The notes under the pieces are model-generated. The model saw only the letters and a list, made by a program, of their open reading frames with translations, did no database searches and was not told where the DNA came from. 64,000 nt of DNA from Macrostomum lignano (taxonomy: Eukaryota), in assembly GCA_002269645.1 (NCBI GenBank), contig NIVC01003474.1, positions 1 to 64,000 of the forward strand, in the 5' to 3' direction. Made by a program: the position numbers and the translations under genes. Below are positions 12,359 to 23,956 of this stretch, piece after piece (position 1 is the first letter of the stretch; the number at the start of each line of letters is the position of its first letter).

Positions 12359-14774
12359 CCGACTACCACACCAAACGGTTCGAAGTATATCCTGACTGTA
12401 TGCTGCAAGTTTACAAAATTTTCCATTTTTCGGGCGTTGCCGAACATCAAAGCGCTGACTATCGCAGCCGAGTTAAAAAGCATCTTCGCGCTTTTTGGCT
12501 GGCCATTTGTCATTCTCAGCGATCAAGTACGCGAGTTTTGCAACTCTGTCTTGGACGCCCTGCTGCAGTCCGGAGGAACGAAAAGAAGAGTGACCAGTGT
12601 TTACTACCCACAGGTAACCTTAACAGTAATGTTTTATGCTTCTGATATTATGTAGCAGTGGTGCATCATTTTTAAGTACGAGTAAATAACTAATTTTCTC
12701 CAGACAAACGGTCAGACTGAGCGCCTCAACCAAACGTGCATTAATCTACTGAGAAAGCGGTGTGATTCTGAGGAACCAACTAACTGGGATTCCATGCTGA
12801 ATGATGTTCAACTCGCATACAACAGCCGCCGACATTTGGTGACAGGCTTCTCGCCGTGCAGGTAAAATATGAAAGTAATAAAGTTTATAGAGAATCAAGT
12901 ATATTTTATAAAGCATATTTCTATACTGTAGCAGACAATGTTAGTTCATATGCCTCCATTCATCTTTAGAGCCGCCTTTGGCTTTGAGCCATTGCTAGGC
13001 GATCATGCCGCAGCACTGGCTTCGGTTCCGGAGCCGATGGAAATCAACAGGCGATTGCTTGCCAACAAGGACAAGAAGCGAGCCGCAGCGCGAAAACTAA
13101 TTGCGCGTAGAATCAAGATCGCTCAAGAAAAGATGCGACCAAGGACCTTGGATGCGACAGCGTCACTTGGTTTCGGCTGCTGGAGCTCAAGAGCTAAAGC
13201 GAGGAGACAGAGTTCGGCTTCGAAATCTGCGGAGGAATGATCGAAAGGGTGGCAAGATGCGATACACCTGGAGTCAGCAGGTCTACATCGCGACGAGGTG
13301 CCTCGGTCGCAACGTATATCGATTAGGAGGTCTCACTAGACGTGTCAATGGCAGGCATCTCAAGAAGTGCTTTCTACAAGTACAATGGTTGAGCAAATCT
13401 CCAGTTTTTTATTAGAATCGCATGCGGGATTCTGAACTGACAGCACTCGTACGAGTATTTATCAAAGGTTTCCAGCTCGTATTTTTGCCCTGGTATGGTG
13501 CATCACAGCTGCAAAATATACTGGCTACAGTGAAACGTTAAACTACGATCTTACGGAATGTAAAATGTCTTGAAATGGAAAAAATGACTGACATTGTTAG
13601 CGATTTTTACTACCTTTTATGCTTCGATGAAAATTGTTAAACGGTTAAGAGAAGGAAACTACAACAACACTCGTTGCACGATTACGATTTCGGACTTTAT
13701 AAAAATGGGGAGATCGGTAACCGGAGATCCTAAACCAAACCTTAGTTTTTGCACTCGTGACGGAGATCGGCAAACGGTGTAGAATCTCCGAGGGGATAAC
13801 AGAATCTGGTTTTGCATCTCCGGATAGGGAGACCTGACCATGCCCCGGAGATCCCACAACGGTTACGGATCTCCGATTGTGGAGATCCCTAACCGTTTGT
13901 ATTCTCCGAAGGAGATCCTAAACCCTTTAAGATCTCCGGTCGGAGATCCCAGCCCGTTTGCAGTCCAAAACTGACCAGAGCCCCGGAGTTTCTAAACCGT
14001 AATACCGGCTCTGAGCAGCAGCAGCGGAGCAACCGAGAGCGACAGAGGCCGCTTGTTCGGATCAGCCTCATGCTGGTCTTCATCAACGTCTTCTTTCTGA
14101 TCACGTCTTTGCCGTGGAGCATCGGCGCTCTGCTCGAAGTCCAAATTCTAAATAAGCTCGGACTGAACTTCTTCATATTGATGGTGCGGCACTTCAACTC
14201 GCTGCTGTACGCGAACAACGCTCTGTGCTGGGTGACGTACTTGATGGGACGGAACTTCCGAGAGGCGTTTTGCCGAGTGTGGCTGTCCCTGTGCTGCTGC
14301 TGCTGCGCCTCCTGCCGTCGTCGCTCCAATTTTGCGTAGAAGGTAAAAATATAGCGCTGAACTAAAATCACATGTTTCTGAATTAGTCACAATGAGCGTA
14401 GATGGCTTATAAATATCAAAGAAGACAACATTTTTAGTAAAAAAATAATATTTTACTGCATTGTCGATTCAGCTCTGTCCAAATATTGGTCATAGCGTTT
14501 CCAGCTGCTATCGGCAAAAGAGTGTGTTTGAACACGTCAGGAGTCGGGATACGACATCTTAGTGAGCTAGCAACTAGTGACCTAGCCTGAAGGTTAAGCT
14601 TCAGGCTTAGGTATAGAAATCAAGGTTTTGCATAGGGTTTAGGTTTTAGGGTCAAAGCAGTAAAATTGTCTCGGTAAGGTCAGACAGGTTCACAGATAAT
14701 AAATTACTAGATATTTCACTCTGCATTGAGTTAAGCCATTTTTGTGTTATAGTCTGTGGCTCAAAAAGTGTCTA

Positions 14775-14904
14775 CTCTTTGGATGAGCGTCAGTGTGCGC
14801 ATGGCAAGAAAAATTGCTAGTTGCTCCAAAAAGAATTTTGACGCAAGGCACTGCGTGCCTACGGGTGCACGCATCCATGTTCGTTCACGCTACTAACCAA
14901 AGAG
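14775..14904. mobile_element. Small TA-flanked MITE candidate
   Basis: TA-CTCTTTGG ... CCAAAGAG-TA with weak further inverted similarity. Confidence 0.4.
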
Positions 14905-16613
14905 TAGTTGCAAAAATCTAAACAAGAGTGAACTATCTAGGGTTATAATATCTGTGGACAGGTTTAGTTGTTTAGTTGCATTTAGAATATATGCACCTTT
15001 TTCTCATTTCAATTGCGTCCAATCCTTTAGTACTGGTTTTAAGCTGTCATTATGGAATCTCTCAAGATTGGTTGCCTAGGTTTTACGAGTTCAGAGAGCC
15101 AGACAGCAAGAGATTTAAACTTGTAATACATAGCGTCTAATTGAGACAATCTGAAATTTGACAAACCTCGTATAAGAGTCATCTAATCGAGCAAGTGCCT
15201 TTTTGAACTGTTGACTGCCTTTATGCTTATCTTTCATCGATACAAAGTGTTAAGGTCAGATTCTCTATAAGTGCACAGAAGCTACAGCAGCCAAGAAAGT
15301 TTGGCGCTGACAGCGAAGAAAACCTGCAATAATTTCTTCATGACACGACTTAGACCTTTTATTTGAGTAGGCCATCCTTATGTCAAGGCCAAAGTATAGA
15401 CCAATTTGAGTTCAGTTCCTCCAAGCCTTTAGCTCGGATATAGTATTAAGTCGGAAGAACGAAACCGCGGATAGCAAATATCGTCAATAAATGTGATTAT
15501 CAGCTTATCAGCAGCCAAAATTGTCACCTTAACTCAGCTAACGTACATGTAGAACCAGAGGATTCCGCCAGCGAGACATTATTTGTAGCCGATCTGGAAC
15601 TTAATTGGTCTAAGAGTATAGCTATAACCACAATGGATCAAGAGGGCCAGAGAACTTTAATTGCAAAAATAGCGAGGGTACCATAGATGGAAATTGCGGA
15701 GGTGACAGAGAAGAACAAAAGAGTCATTAAACACAGTAGATAGTACGTTTGGATGCCTTCGATACCGAGCTGATATGAGCGAGGACAAGAAAAACTTATG
15801 AAACAACTTGCAAGCACCGTATCGAAACAATTGTTGTGTGCTGCACTTCGGTATACTACAAGGGCACTCCGTCCTATGCGTGTACTCTTACTGGATTTTC
15901 TTTGTTTATTTACTCTAATTGTTTTGGTGTCTCGGCTCTGGCTGGTTGGCGGCGGGCCCCGGGCTGAGACTTTGTGCCTTCCCCGTCAGGTGTCGCCAGC
16001 TGATTGGTTGAGCCGGGCGTTTTTGTCTCTCCCGCTGTTACTGTAACTTTTTTGCTGCTCTCTGATTGGCTAGGGGTGATGGGCGCTGGGTGTCCCTCCC
16101 CCCGGGCAGGGTGGTGAGCCGTTTTTAGATCCGTACATGCTGTTGAAACCCGCGGATTTTGAACCCGTGAAATTCTAATCCCCGGAACTAGTTTTGCATG
16201 TATTCTAGAATCTGAAGTCATACTAAAAAACTTGTTAATAGTTAGGATAGAGGTACGTAAATATAAAATGGTGTAAATTCGTACAAAATTAAGATTTTTG
16301 GCAAGCATTGATCTCTTTGGCTGGGGTGCTGCGCAGAATGTCAGGCAATGTCTATCTAAAACATGTACGAGCTATTGGCAAACTCTGGCCTCTGCCTCTG
16401 CCTGTACGTCCCTCGGATCCTTGAAAACTTCTATCCTCTCTAGGGAATCCGTCCCTGGGGACACTCGCCGGGGACCCCGGGGAATTTTCACAAAAACCTA
16501 CCCGGGGAATTTTTTTCGGGGACCCCGCGGGCAAATAGGAAAGTGAAGTAGACACGGAAATTGATGTAGCAACATTGTTAAAGCTGTGTGTAATTAATTT
16601 TAAATGATAATGC

Positions 16614-16813
16614 TGTAAGACCGTGGGTTGAATTGCAGTGACGAACACAACAAGTGAGGAGACCTCACTGGCTCACGCCAATATATTTAATATACCAAAG
16701 TTGGGGTGGGTGTAACCACCCCAAGCACGCACACGCTGCAGCTCTAAACGACATCCCCCAAAACAGCCAGACGTGCACATCTAAGTGCACGCGCACCAAC
16801 AAGCCAGCCTACA
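16614..16813 (-). repeat. 3' LTR of the Gypsy element
   Basis: TGTAAGACC...GCCTACA; no differences from 21367-21566 seen by eye. Confidence 0.96.
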
Positions 16814-16816
16814 CTA

Positions 16817-16826
16817 CTTTCCCCCT
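16817..16826 (-). promoter_or_regulatory. Polypurine tract
   Basis: Minus strand AGGGGGAAAG just upstream of the 3' LTR. Confidence 0.8.
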
Positions 16827-16849
16827 AGAAACAAAAGACAGTTCCAGAG

Positions 16850-19800
16850 TCAAGCAAAGCCCGCCATGTACAAGTCAGGTGGCCGCCGCTCTCTCGCCGA
16901 CCGCCGCGGAACCGTTACCGGCTCAGCCGGTGCCGCCGGCTGCTCCTCGGGTGCCTCGTCTGCCTGCAGCTCGGGCCAGAAGGTCACCGTGTCGCCGTCA
17001 GGATCGGCCGCCTGCCCGGGCGGCTCAGCGGCGGTGCCGTCGTTGTCGGAGTCCGCGGCCGGCGGCTGGTGGTCTGCCGCGGCCGGAAGCTCCAGTGACG
17101 CCCGTCGCTGCACGAAGCGCTTGAGGCGGTCGTGGTGCACCACCAGCCGGCGCCTGCGGCCGGTCTCGTCCTGGATGCGGTAATTGACCTCGCCCAGGCG
17201 CCTCAGGACTCGGTACGGCCCCTTCCACTTGGCGCTCAGGCACCGCGTCTGGCCGCGCTTGACGACGGAGTTGCGCAGCATCACGAGCTGGCCCTCTTCG
17301 AACGGCACGAACCGAGAGTCCTGGTTGGCCAGCCGGTTGCGCTCGACCTGGGCGCTCCGCAGTCGGCCGTGCACCGTGTCGAAAGCGCTCTGCAGGTTCT
17401 CCTGAGTCCGCTGCAGGAAGCCGTGATGTCCACCGTCGGCTGCCGGCCGGTCGCCGCTTATCAGCCAGCTGTCGAGATCCAGCCTCGGTGGCCAGCCGTG
17501 GAGGACCTGGTACGGACTGAGGCCGGTGGTGCTGTGCACGGAGGTGTTGTAGGCCCAGGTCACATACGGCAGCTTGCTGTCCCAATCCTGCTGGTTCTCG
17601 GCCACCGTCGTCGCCAGCATATCGCCGAGCGTCCGGTTGCCTCGCTCGACGATTCCGTTGCCACTCGGATGAAACGGCGACGTGCGCGTCTTTTCAACGC
17701 CCAGCTGCTCGCAGAGCCGGCCGAACATCTCGCTCTCGAATTGCCGTCCCTGGTCACTGTGCAGCACCTGAGGAGCGCCGTGACGCAGAACCACCGACTT
17801 GAGCAGTGCATCCGCCACCGTCACCGCGTCGATCTCCGCCAGGGCTGCCGTCTCCATCCACTTGGAAAAGGCGTCGCACATGCTCAGGATGTACGCCTTG
17901 CCATCAGTCGTACGCGGAAGCGGCCCTTTGATGTCGATCTGCACCAGCTGCCACGGAGCCGTCGGCTGGCACGTCGACTGTAGCGGCGCCTTCTGCGGCT
18001 TGGTTGGACACTTCTTGGCCAGGCAGACCGCGCAGCTGGCCACCCAGTTCTCGACGTCCCGTCGCAGACCAGGCCACCAGCAGCGCTCAGACAATCTCGC
18101 TCCGGTCCTGTCGACGCCGAGGTGTCCGCTCTGGTCGCACGAGTGCGCCTGCTGCAGGAAATGCGGCCGCAGGTGACCGGGAATGACTGACCGGCCACCC
18201 ACCAGCAGGACACCCGCCGAGCTCACCGAGGCCTCGTCCAGCAGCTCGCGAACCTGCGCCGCCCACGAATCGGACAGGCTGTCAATCCCTTCGGTCAGTG
18301 CCTGGAACGCCTTGCTCAGCAGCGGGTCTTGCAGTTGCTCCTCGTGCAGGCGGCTGTCGTCCCACCGAGGCTGCAGGCGCGTGCCGGCCACCCGGCTCAG
18401 CGCATCCGGCACGACGTTGTCCCTGCCAGGCCGGTACAGCAGCTCGAACGAAAACTGCTGCAGCGTAGAAAGCCATCGCGCCAGCCGACCTTCGGGGTCC
18501 TTCGTTGTCAGCAGACCTTGCAGTGGCCGGTGGTCCGAGTAGACTCTGAAGCTCGGACACTCAGCAGGTACGTCCTGAAGTGCTTCAGACTCCAGACCAG
18601 CGCCAGCAGCTCGCGGTCGGTCGCCGAGTAGTTGCGCTCGGCCTTGTTGAGGGTGCGAGAGGCGAACGCCACAGGCAGCTCGGCGTCACCGTGCAGCTGG
18701 CTGAGCACCGCGCCGACGGCGAACTGACTGCTGTCGCAGCTGAGCACGAACTGCTTGGTAAAATCCGGCAGCCTCAGCACCGGAGCCGTCGTCAGCCGGT
18801 CCTTCAACTCGCGGAACGCTCGCTCGCAGTCGCTGCTCCACGCGAAGTCCCTCGATTTCACGCTGACGTCGTGCAGGACCCTCGCCGTCTGGCTGAAGCC
18901 TGGGATGAACCGACGGTAGAACCCCAGCATTCCAAGAAACCGCTTCACCTCCTCGGTCGTCGTTGGGCTGGGCATGCTGCGAATGGCATCGACCTTGCCG
19001 GGATCCGGGGCAATGCCCTGCTCGCTGATCAGGTGTCCCAGGTACAGCACCCGGCGATGGCCGAACGCGCACTTGGCCTTGTGCAGCTTGAGTCCCGCGT
19101 CTCGCAACCGCTTAAAAACTTCCGCCAGCCTCTCTAAGTGCTCGTCGAACGTCCTGCTGAAGACAATGATGTCGTCGATATAAGTCAGCACGGACTCCCA
19201 GGACAGGCCGGACATCACCAGCTCCATGAGCCGCTGGAACGTCGCCGGGGCATTGCACATCCCGAAGCCCATCTTGCAGAATTGCATCAGGCCGCGCGTC
19301 GAATAGAAAGCCGTCTTGTACCGGTCCTCCTCCGCCACCTCCACCTGGTGGTAGCCCTGCCGGCAGTCGATGGTGGAGAACCAGGAGCATCCGACAAGCG
19401 CATCCATGGCCTGCTGCAGGTGCGGCAGCGGGTACGCATCCTTGACCGTGCAGGCGTTGAGCTGCCACCAGTCCGTGCACAGTCTGATGTCGCCGTTCTT
19501 CTTGCGGACCACCAGCAGGTTGCTGGCCCATGGTGATGTCGACGGCTCGATGATGCCGCTTTCCAGCATCTGGCCGATCTTCTTGTCCACCTGGTCTCGC
19601 ACAGACAGCGGCAGCCGGCGCTGGACCTGCCGGTGTGGCCGCGCTCCCGGCTCCAGCTCGATCTGGTGCTGCAGCAACGCCGTCGTGCCCAGGTCGTACT
19701 CGTGCCTGGCGAACAGGTCCTCGTTGCTCTCCAGTAGCTGTCGCAGCCTCGCAGCATCCGGTTCGGGCAGCTCCGCGTTTATGTTCCAACCGACAGGGTT

Positions 19801-20565
19801 CTCCTGGGCCGCCTCCTGGCGACCGTCCCCGTCTGTCATCGCGCCTTCGAACGTGCCGACCGCCTTGTTGGCGTACAGCAGCACGGGCTCCTCTGCCAGG
19901 TTGCACATTTTCACCGGGATGCGGCAGTCGTCCGAGACCGCCAGCACGCGGGCCGGCAGGACGGCAGTGGACTTCACGAAGTCCTCAGACGGCTCAAAGA
20001 CTCCCTGCTCGCCGCTGGAATCCACCTTGAGCCACACCAGCTTCTCGCTGCGGGCGGGCAACTCCGTAGTTGCCGCCACCCGCGCCACCAGGACACTCGG
20101 CACCAGGCGACAGTCTGCTCGAGCCGGCTCGCTGCTGAAAGGCACAGCTGTGCTGTCGAACCTGACGACGCCTTCTTTAATGTCAATGGTCATCGCCTGC
20201 GACACCTCGCCGATGAAGTCCATGCCGATGATCAGGCTGGGCTGGATGCCGTCCACGACTGTGAAGCGATGGCACACGCGGATGGTCTGGCCGATCGAAA
20301 CATCCGCTGCTGACAGGCCAAGGCAGCGCAGCCGGGATCCGTCGACGGCCGTCGGCAGCGCACCGATGTCGGTGGAGTCGATCTTGCACTGCAGTCTGTC
20401 GAACAGCGACTTGTCCATCAACGAAACTTGCGCGCCGGTGTCGAGCAGAGCAGGCGCTGACACGCTGCCAAAGTGCACCTTCACGAAGACTGAAGGCGCT
20501 GATCTGAGGGCCCCTTTTGAGCGGGTCGGTGCTGGCCCCAGGCTGCCGACCCTCAGAAGTTTCCC
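16850..20565 (-). CDS. pol: Pol (protease, RT, RNase H, integrase) in the -1 frame relative to gag; one 1-nt frameshift near 18565
   Basis: LLDTGAQVS (PR), YIDDII (RT), CDSSQFAVGAVL (RH), H..H...C..C with IDIKGP, HSDQG, GIVER (INT) and KWKGPY. The missing link CPSFRVYSDHRPL...DALSR lies in the integrase frame. Confidence 0.92.
20507..20565 (-). promoter_or_regulatory. -1 ribosomal frameshift signal: slippery G GGA AAC plus predicted H-type pseudoknot
   Basis: Heptamer at 20565-20559 is in the correct gag phase (CAG GGA AAC TTC TGA); 6-nt spacer; stem GGGTCGG/CCGACCC; loop GGGGCC can pair with downstream GGCCCT. Confidence 0.75.
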
Positions 20566-21346
20566 TGCGGCTGACCAGTTGGTGTCGGGCACACCGCGGC
20601 GGAGTGACCCTTGCCTGAGCACCGGCTGCAGCGGCTGCCGATCGCCTTTGGGCACCGCCTAGCGATGTGACCCGGCTCGCCGCAGCTGAAGCACTTACTG
20701 GGTCCCTTCTGACGCCTGTCTCTTCCAGGTTGTCCCGTTCGCAAGCTGGCTGTCAGCTGCTGCATCTGCTGCTCCAGCTGGCTCAGCCGTCTGTCTTCTA
20801 CCGACACCGCGGCTGATGAGGCTGTAGTTGCGTGGCTCACCAGCTCAAGCTGCGCAGCTCTGTCGACGATGGCGGCCAGCGAACACGAGTCCGCGTCCTG
20901 GTCCTTCAACAGCGCATCTCTCACGGCAGATGGCAGGAGGCGCATCAGGCGAAACTTCACGTCCTTTTCCCGAGCCGCCACGGAGTCGTCCGGGCGGGCC
21001 GAAGGTGGAGAAGCTTCAGGCTGTAGGCGAGCTCCCTCAGCGACTCGTTGGGCTGTCGCTTTCGCTCTACAAAATCCTCCATTGCTCTGTAGCAGCTCAG
21101 ACTGTTGCCGAAGCACTCGATCAGCTTCTCCTTCAGCCTTTCATAGCTGGCTGACACGTCTGCCGGCTGCTCCCAGACGAAGATTTGCGCTTCTCCTGTC
21201 ACCAGCAGTCTCAGCTTCTTTGCCTTCTTCTTGTCGTCCCATTCACAGTCGTCGGCGAAGTCTTCAAACGTGCTTAGCCACATTCTCACGTTGGAGTCGC
21301 CGCTGAACTTTGGAGGCAATAAACTGGCTTGCTCTGATTTGGCCAT
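20553..21346 (-). CDS. gag: Gag with two CCHC-type knuckles; one 1-nt frameshift near 21010
   Basis: MAKSEQASLLPPKFSG...; CFSCGEPGHIARRC and CSRCSGKGHSAAVC. The frame switches around LLH/SARPDD. Confidence 0.88.
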
Positions 21347-21352
21347 ACTGAG

Positions 21353-21365
21353 ACCGCTGCCACCA
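21353..21365 (-). promoter_or_regulatory. Primer-binding site, tRNA-Leu-like
   Basis: Minus strand TGGTGGCAGCGGT, 1 nt from the 5' LTR; complementary to the 3' end ...ACCGCTGCCACCA known from metazoan tRNA-Leu. Confidence 0.8.
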
Positions 21366-21366
21366 G

Positions 21367-21566
21367 TGTAAGACCGTGGGTTGAATTGCAGTGACGAACA
21401 CAACAAGTGAGGAGACCTCACTGGCTCACGCCAATATATTTAATATACCAAAGTTGGGGTGGGTGTAACCACCCCAAGCACGCACACGCTGCAGCTCTAA
21501 ACGACATCCCCCAAAACAGCCAGACGTGCACATCTAAGTGCACGCGCACCAACAAGCCAGCCTACA
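21367..21566 (-). repeat. 5' LTR of the Gypsy element
   Basis: Same sequence as 16614-16813, followed by the ATGC TSD. Confidence 0.96.
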
Positions 21567-22417
21567 ATGCATATACATAGTAGTGTGTACTCGTAGATTA
21601 AAAATTGCCTTAATATATAGCCGTGAGTTAACAACTTCGGGTTGGCAATCTGCATATAACAGCATGACAGTCTATAAAGACAGTAGCTATATTTTACTCA
21701 GACTACGCTCCATACTGTTTTTTACTCATCAACCAATATTCTTCTCATTGTATGACTTTTTGTAGTTTTTTTACTGCTTCTAGCAAATCTAATAAAATTC
21801 TAACAATGTATATGTTGTTTAACCTGTGTGAATAGTATTTTTTTCGTTTTTTGCTTGCAATCATTTAAGATCGAAATGTGACTGACTAACTGTCCAGTGT
21901 CCAGTCCCAGTGTCCACGCGTGCAAATGCAAAAAAATTATCTCATCTTTAGAAGAGATAAAATTTCTACATCCGTACAGTACCTAGCCAGTACCTTCCCA
22001 TACGCCGGCTTGTTCGTCTCGGCGCTGTGCTGAATGTGACCGTCATTACAGCGCCCAAACCACCGGGCATTGCGAGCACTCGCGTCCTGACGCAAGCGGG
22101 TAAGGACCCAGATACTAGTAGAGTACCCTGTACGCCCTCAAGGACCACCGAGGTTAGGGGTCAGGAATACAACACAATGCATAGATAAAACATTTCGGGT
22201 TCTTCTCTGTGAAAAAAACCAGAAAATCAGTAGCCAGTAAATCAGTAGCCAATGATAACTAGCCAAGCATGTAACGCAAGGAATCGGCTTATTCAGCAGT
22301 CTGTCATTGGCTGGCAAGAGTCGATGAAAATTTAGTCATTCAGAGAAGTATATATATAAGTAGCCCCAAACTGAGCCCTCAAGACAAGTTAGCTAAACCA
22401 CAATTCAAATTTTCATC

Positions 22418-23470
22418 ATGAACAGCACCGACAATACTACTCATGTAGCAAATGATCCATGGTTCCACGACACCACCTGGAACTGGTTCATCTGGAACGT
22501 CTTCGTCTGGCTCTTTCCGCTGCTCTGTCTGGTCGGAGCGGTCGCGAACGCCATTTCCTTTTACGTGATCGTGTCCAACAGGAAGTCGTTTCCCTACGTC
22601 ACCAGGCAGTACCTCATCATCATCACTGCCAGTGACTTTCTCATTCTCACGTGCAAGGTGAGCACTCACTACTTTGGCTACATGGCATTCTTCGTGAAGA
22701 CGAACAAGTGGACCTGGTTTACTTTTCCAAGAGACTGGGGACTCGCTTGGTGCCTTGTGTACGACTTCTTTACCTACTATGCTGTCATGGGTGTTCAGTT
22801 CTTCCAACTGGGCCTCATGGCGGATCGGCTGATTGCAGTAGCGGCTCCGATGAAGGCCAAGGTAATCCTGACTCACCGCAGAAGTTGGGTGATGCTGAGC
22901 CTCATCACTGCAATGTCACTGCTATTGCCGATCATGTTCGTCGCGAATCGGACTTGGAACGACGCCAAAAACTCATGCGTTCTACGCAGTAAAGACTATC
23001 TAGTGAACGTGTACCAGCCGGCCGAGTTCTACTTCGGCAGGGTGTTCCTCGTTCTGGCGCTGACGTCGGGCACGGTGGTCATCTGCGTGCTGCTGGCCTG
23101 GAACAACAGGACCGCTCGGCGAATGCACTCCGACACGGCCGGCTCTGAGCAGCAGCAGCGGAGCAACCGAGAGCGACAGAGGTCGCTTGTTCGGATCAGC
23201 CTCATGCTGGTCTTCATCAATGTCTTCTTTCTGATCACGTCTCTGCCGTGGAGTGTAAGCGCCCTGCTAGAGCGCGAGATCATCGAGCGCATGGGAGAGA
23301 AGTTCAACTCTATAATATTATTTCACTTCAACTCGCTGCTGTACGTGAACAATGCTCTGTCCTGGGTGACGTACTTGATGGGACGAAACTTCCGAGAGGC
23401 GTTTCGCCGAGTGTGGCTGTCCCTGTGCTGCTGCTGCTGCGCCTCCTGCCGTCGTCGAGTGTACACTTAG
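22418..23470 (+). CDS. Class A (rhodopsin-like) GPCR copy B, intact, 350 aa, intronless
   Basis: N-glycosylation sequons, 7 hydrophobic segments, TM2 ASD, TM3 DRLIAV, TM6 LPW, TM7 NNALSW..Y..G.NFR, poly-Cys tail. Confidence 0.92.
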   Translation: MNSTDNTTHVANDPWFHDTTWNWFIWNVFVWLFPLLCLVGAVANAISFYVIVSNRKSFPYVTRQYLIIITASDFLILTCKVSTHYFGYMAFFVKTNKWTWFTFPRDWGLAWCLVYDFFTYYAVMGVQFFQLGLMADRLIAVAAPMKAKVILTHRRSWVMLSLITAMSLLLPIMFVANRTWNDAKNSCVLRSKDYLVNVYQPAEFYFGRVFLVLALTSGTVVICVLLAWNNRTARRMHSDTAGSEQQQRSNRERQRSLVRISLMLVFINVFFLITSLPWSVSALLEREIIERMGEKFNSIILFHFNSLLYVNNALSWVTYLMGRNFREAFRRVWLSLCCCCCASCRRRVYT

Positions 23471-23956
23471 GGCAGCAGCTCGACGGCCAGCACTGGGCAG
23501 AGCGTTCGTTGGAGCCCAAAACCTGACTTGGAGGCTGATACCTAACACCTATTTAGCTCGTTTGATGGACTAACTGGATCGCTTTAGAGCAGCTTGACTT
23601 GCACCGATTTTTCATCGCAATCAGTGCATGCGAACAAAAGTGGCTGCAGTCTGCGGTTGATGGCACTGGTATTGAGATAATTCAAAAGCAAACAGCAGCT
23701 AGGTGTATGCGTTGTAGTTTAATGAAAAATGATTGATTGAAGCCTCTATTTTGTCGAGTGCAAATAAGTATAGCTAAGTACAAGCTACGATAGGAATTCA
23801 AATTGCGAAGCCCAGAGACGAGAGAGAATGCTAGTACGGCATCAAAGAAAATTACGTTGAAGAAATCGAAAAACGAATTTGCTCTGCGCGCATTGCAAAT
23901 AACTATTGCTGTGTGTCCATGGCAACTATTACCAAGTTCCTTTTAGTCTCTGTCTG

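Larger units (their letters stand above)
8486..14004 (+). mobile_element. Ginger1-type DNA transposon (Gypsy-like integrase with introns), disrupted
   Basis: CCGG TSD (8482-8485, 14005-14008); imperfect TIRs TGTTAGGGTTT..CTCCGG / TATTACGGTTT..CTCCGG; no LTRs. Transposase runs from ATG 8928 (stop at 9036) through an HHCC zinc-binding motif (HSQGSH...CARC), DDE core (MD..ILSDQ..TNGQTERLN) and C-terminal KRGDRVRLRNLRRNDRKGGK to 13415. GT-AG introns at 12614-12703 and 12862-12969. Confidence 0.85.
8285..14339 (+). pseudogene. GPCR copy A, 5' truncated and split by the Ginger insertion (pieces about 8285-8485 and 14005-14339)
   Basis: 8350-8485 matches the TM5/ICL3 of the other copies up to CACGGCCGG. 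The sequence resumes exactly at CCGGCTCTGAGCAG (14005) and continues through TM6-TM7 to CCCCCASCRRR. Confidence 0.9.
16614..21566 (-). mobile_element. Full-length Ty3/Gypsy LTR retrotransposon, recent insertion
   Basis: 200-bp LTRs TG...CA at 16614-16813 and 21367-21566 appear identical; ATGC TSD; PBS and PPT present; order gag-PR-RT-RH-INT. Confidence 0.97.

Noticed and set aside
9072-13415. Integrase as an LTR retrotransposon remnant
   Set aside because: No LTR, gag, RT or RNase H; introns, TIRs and a CCGG TSD indicate Ginger.
14570-14660. TTAGGG-like motifs as an interstitial telomere
   Set aside because: Only two or three degenerate units.
16654-21306. Many long overlapping ORFs on both strands within the Gypsy element
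   Set aside because: GC-rich shadow frames of gag-pol with no independent motifs.
22655-22665. Consensus donor AAG|GTGAG inside the GPCR ORFs
   Set aside because: The reading frame continues through it with expected ECL1/TM3 sequence, and copy G has lost the motif while keeping the protein.
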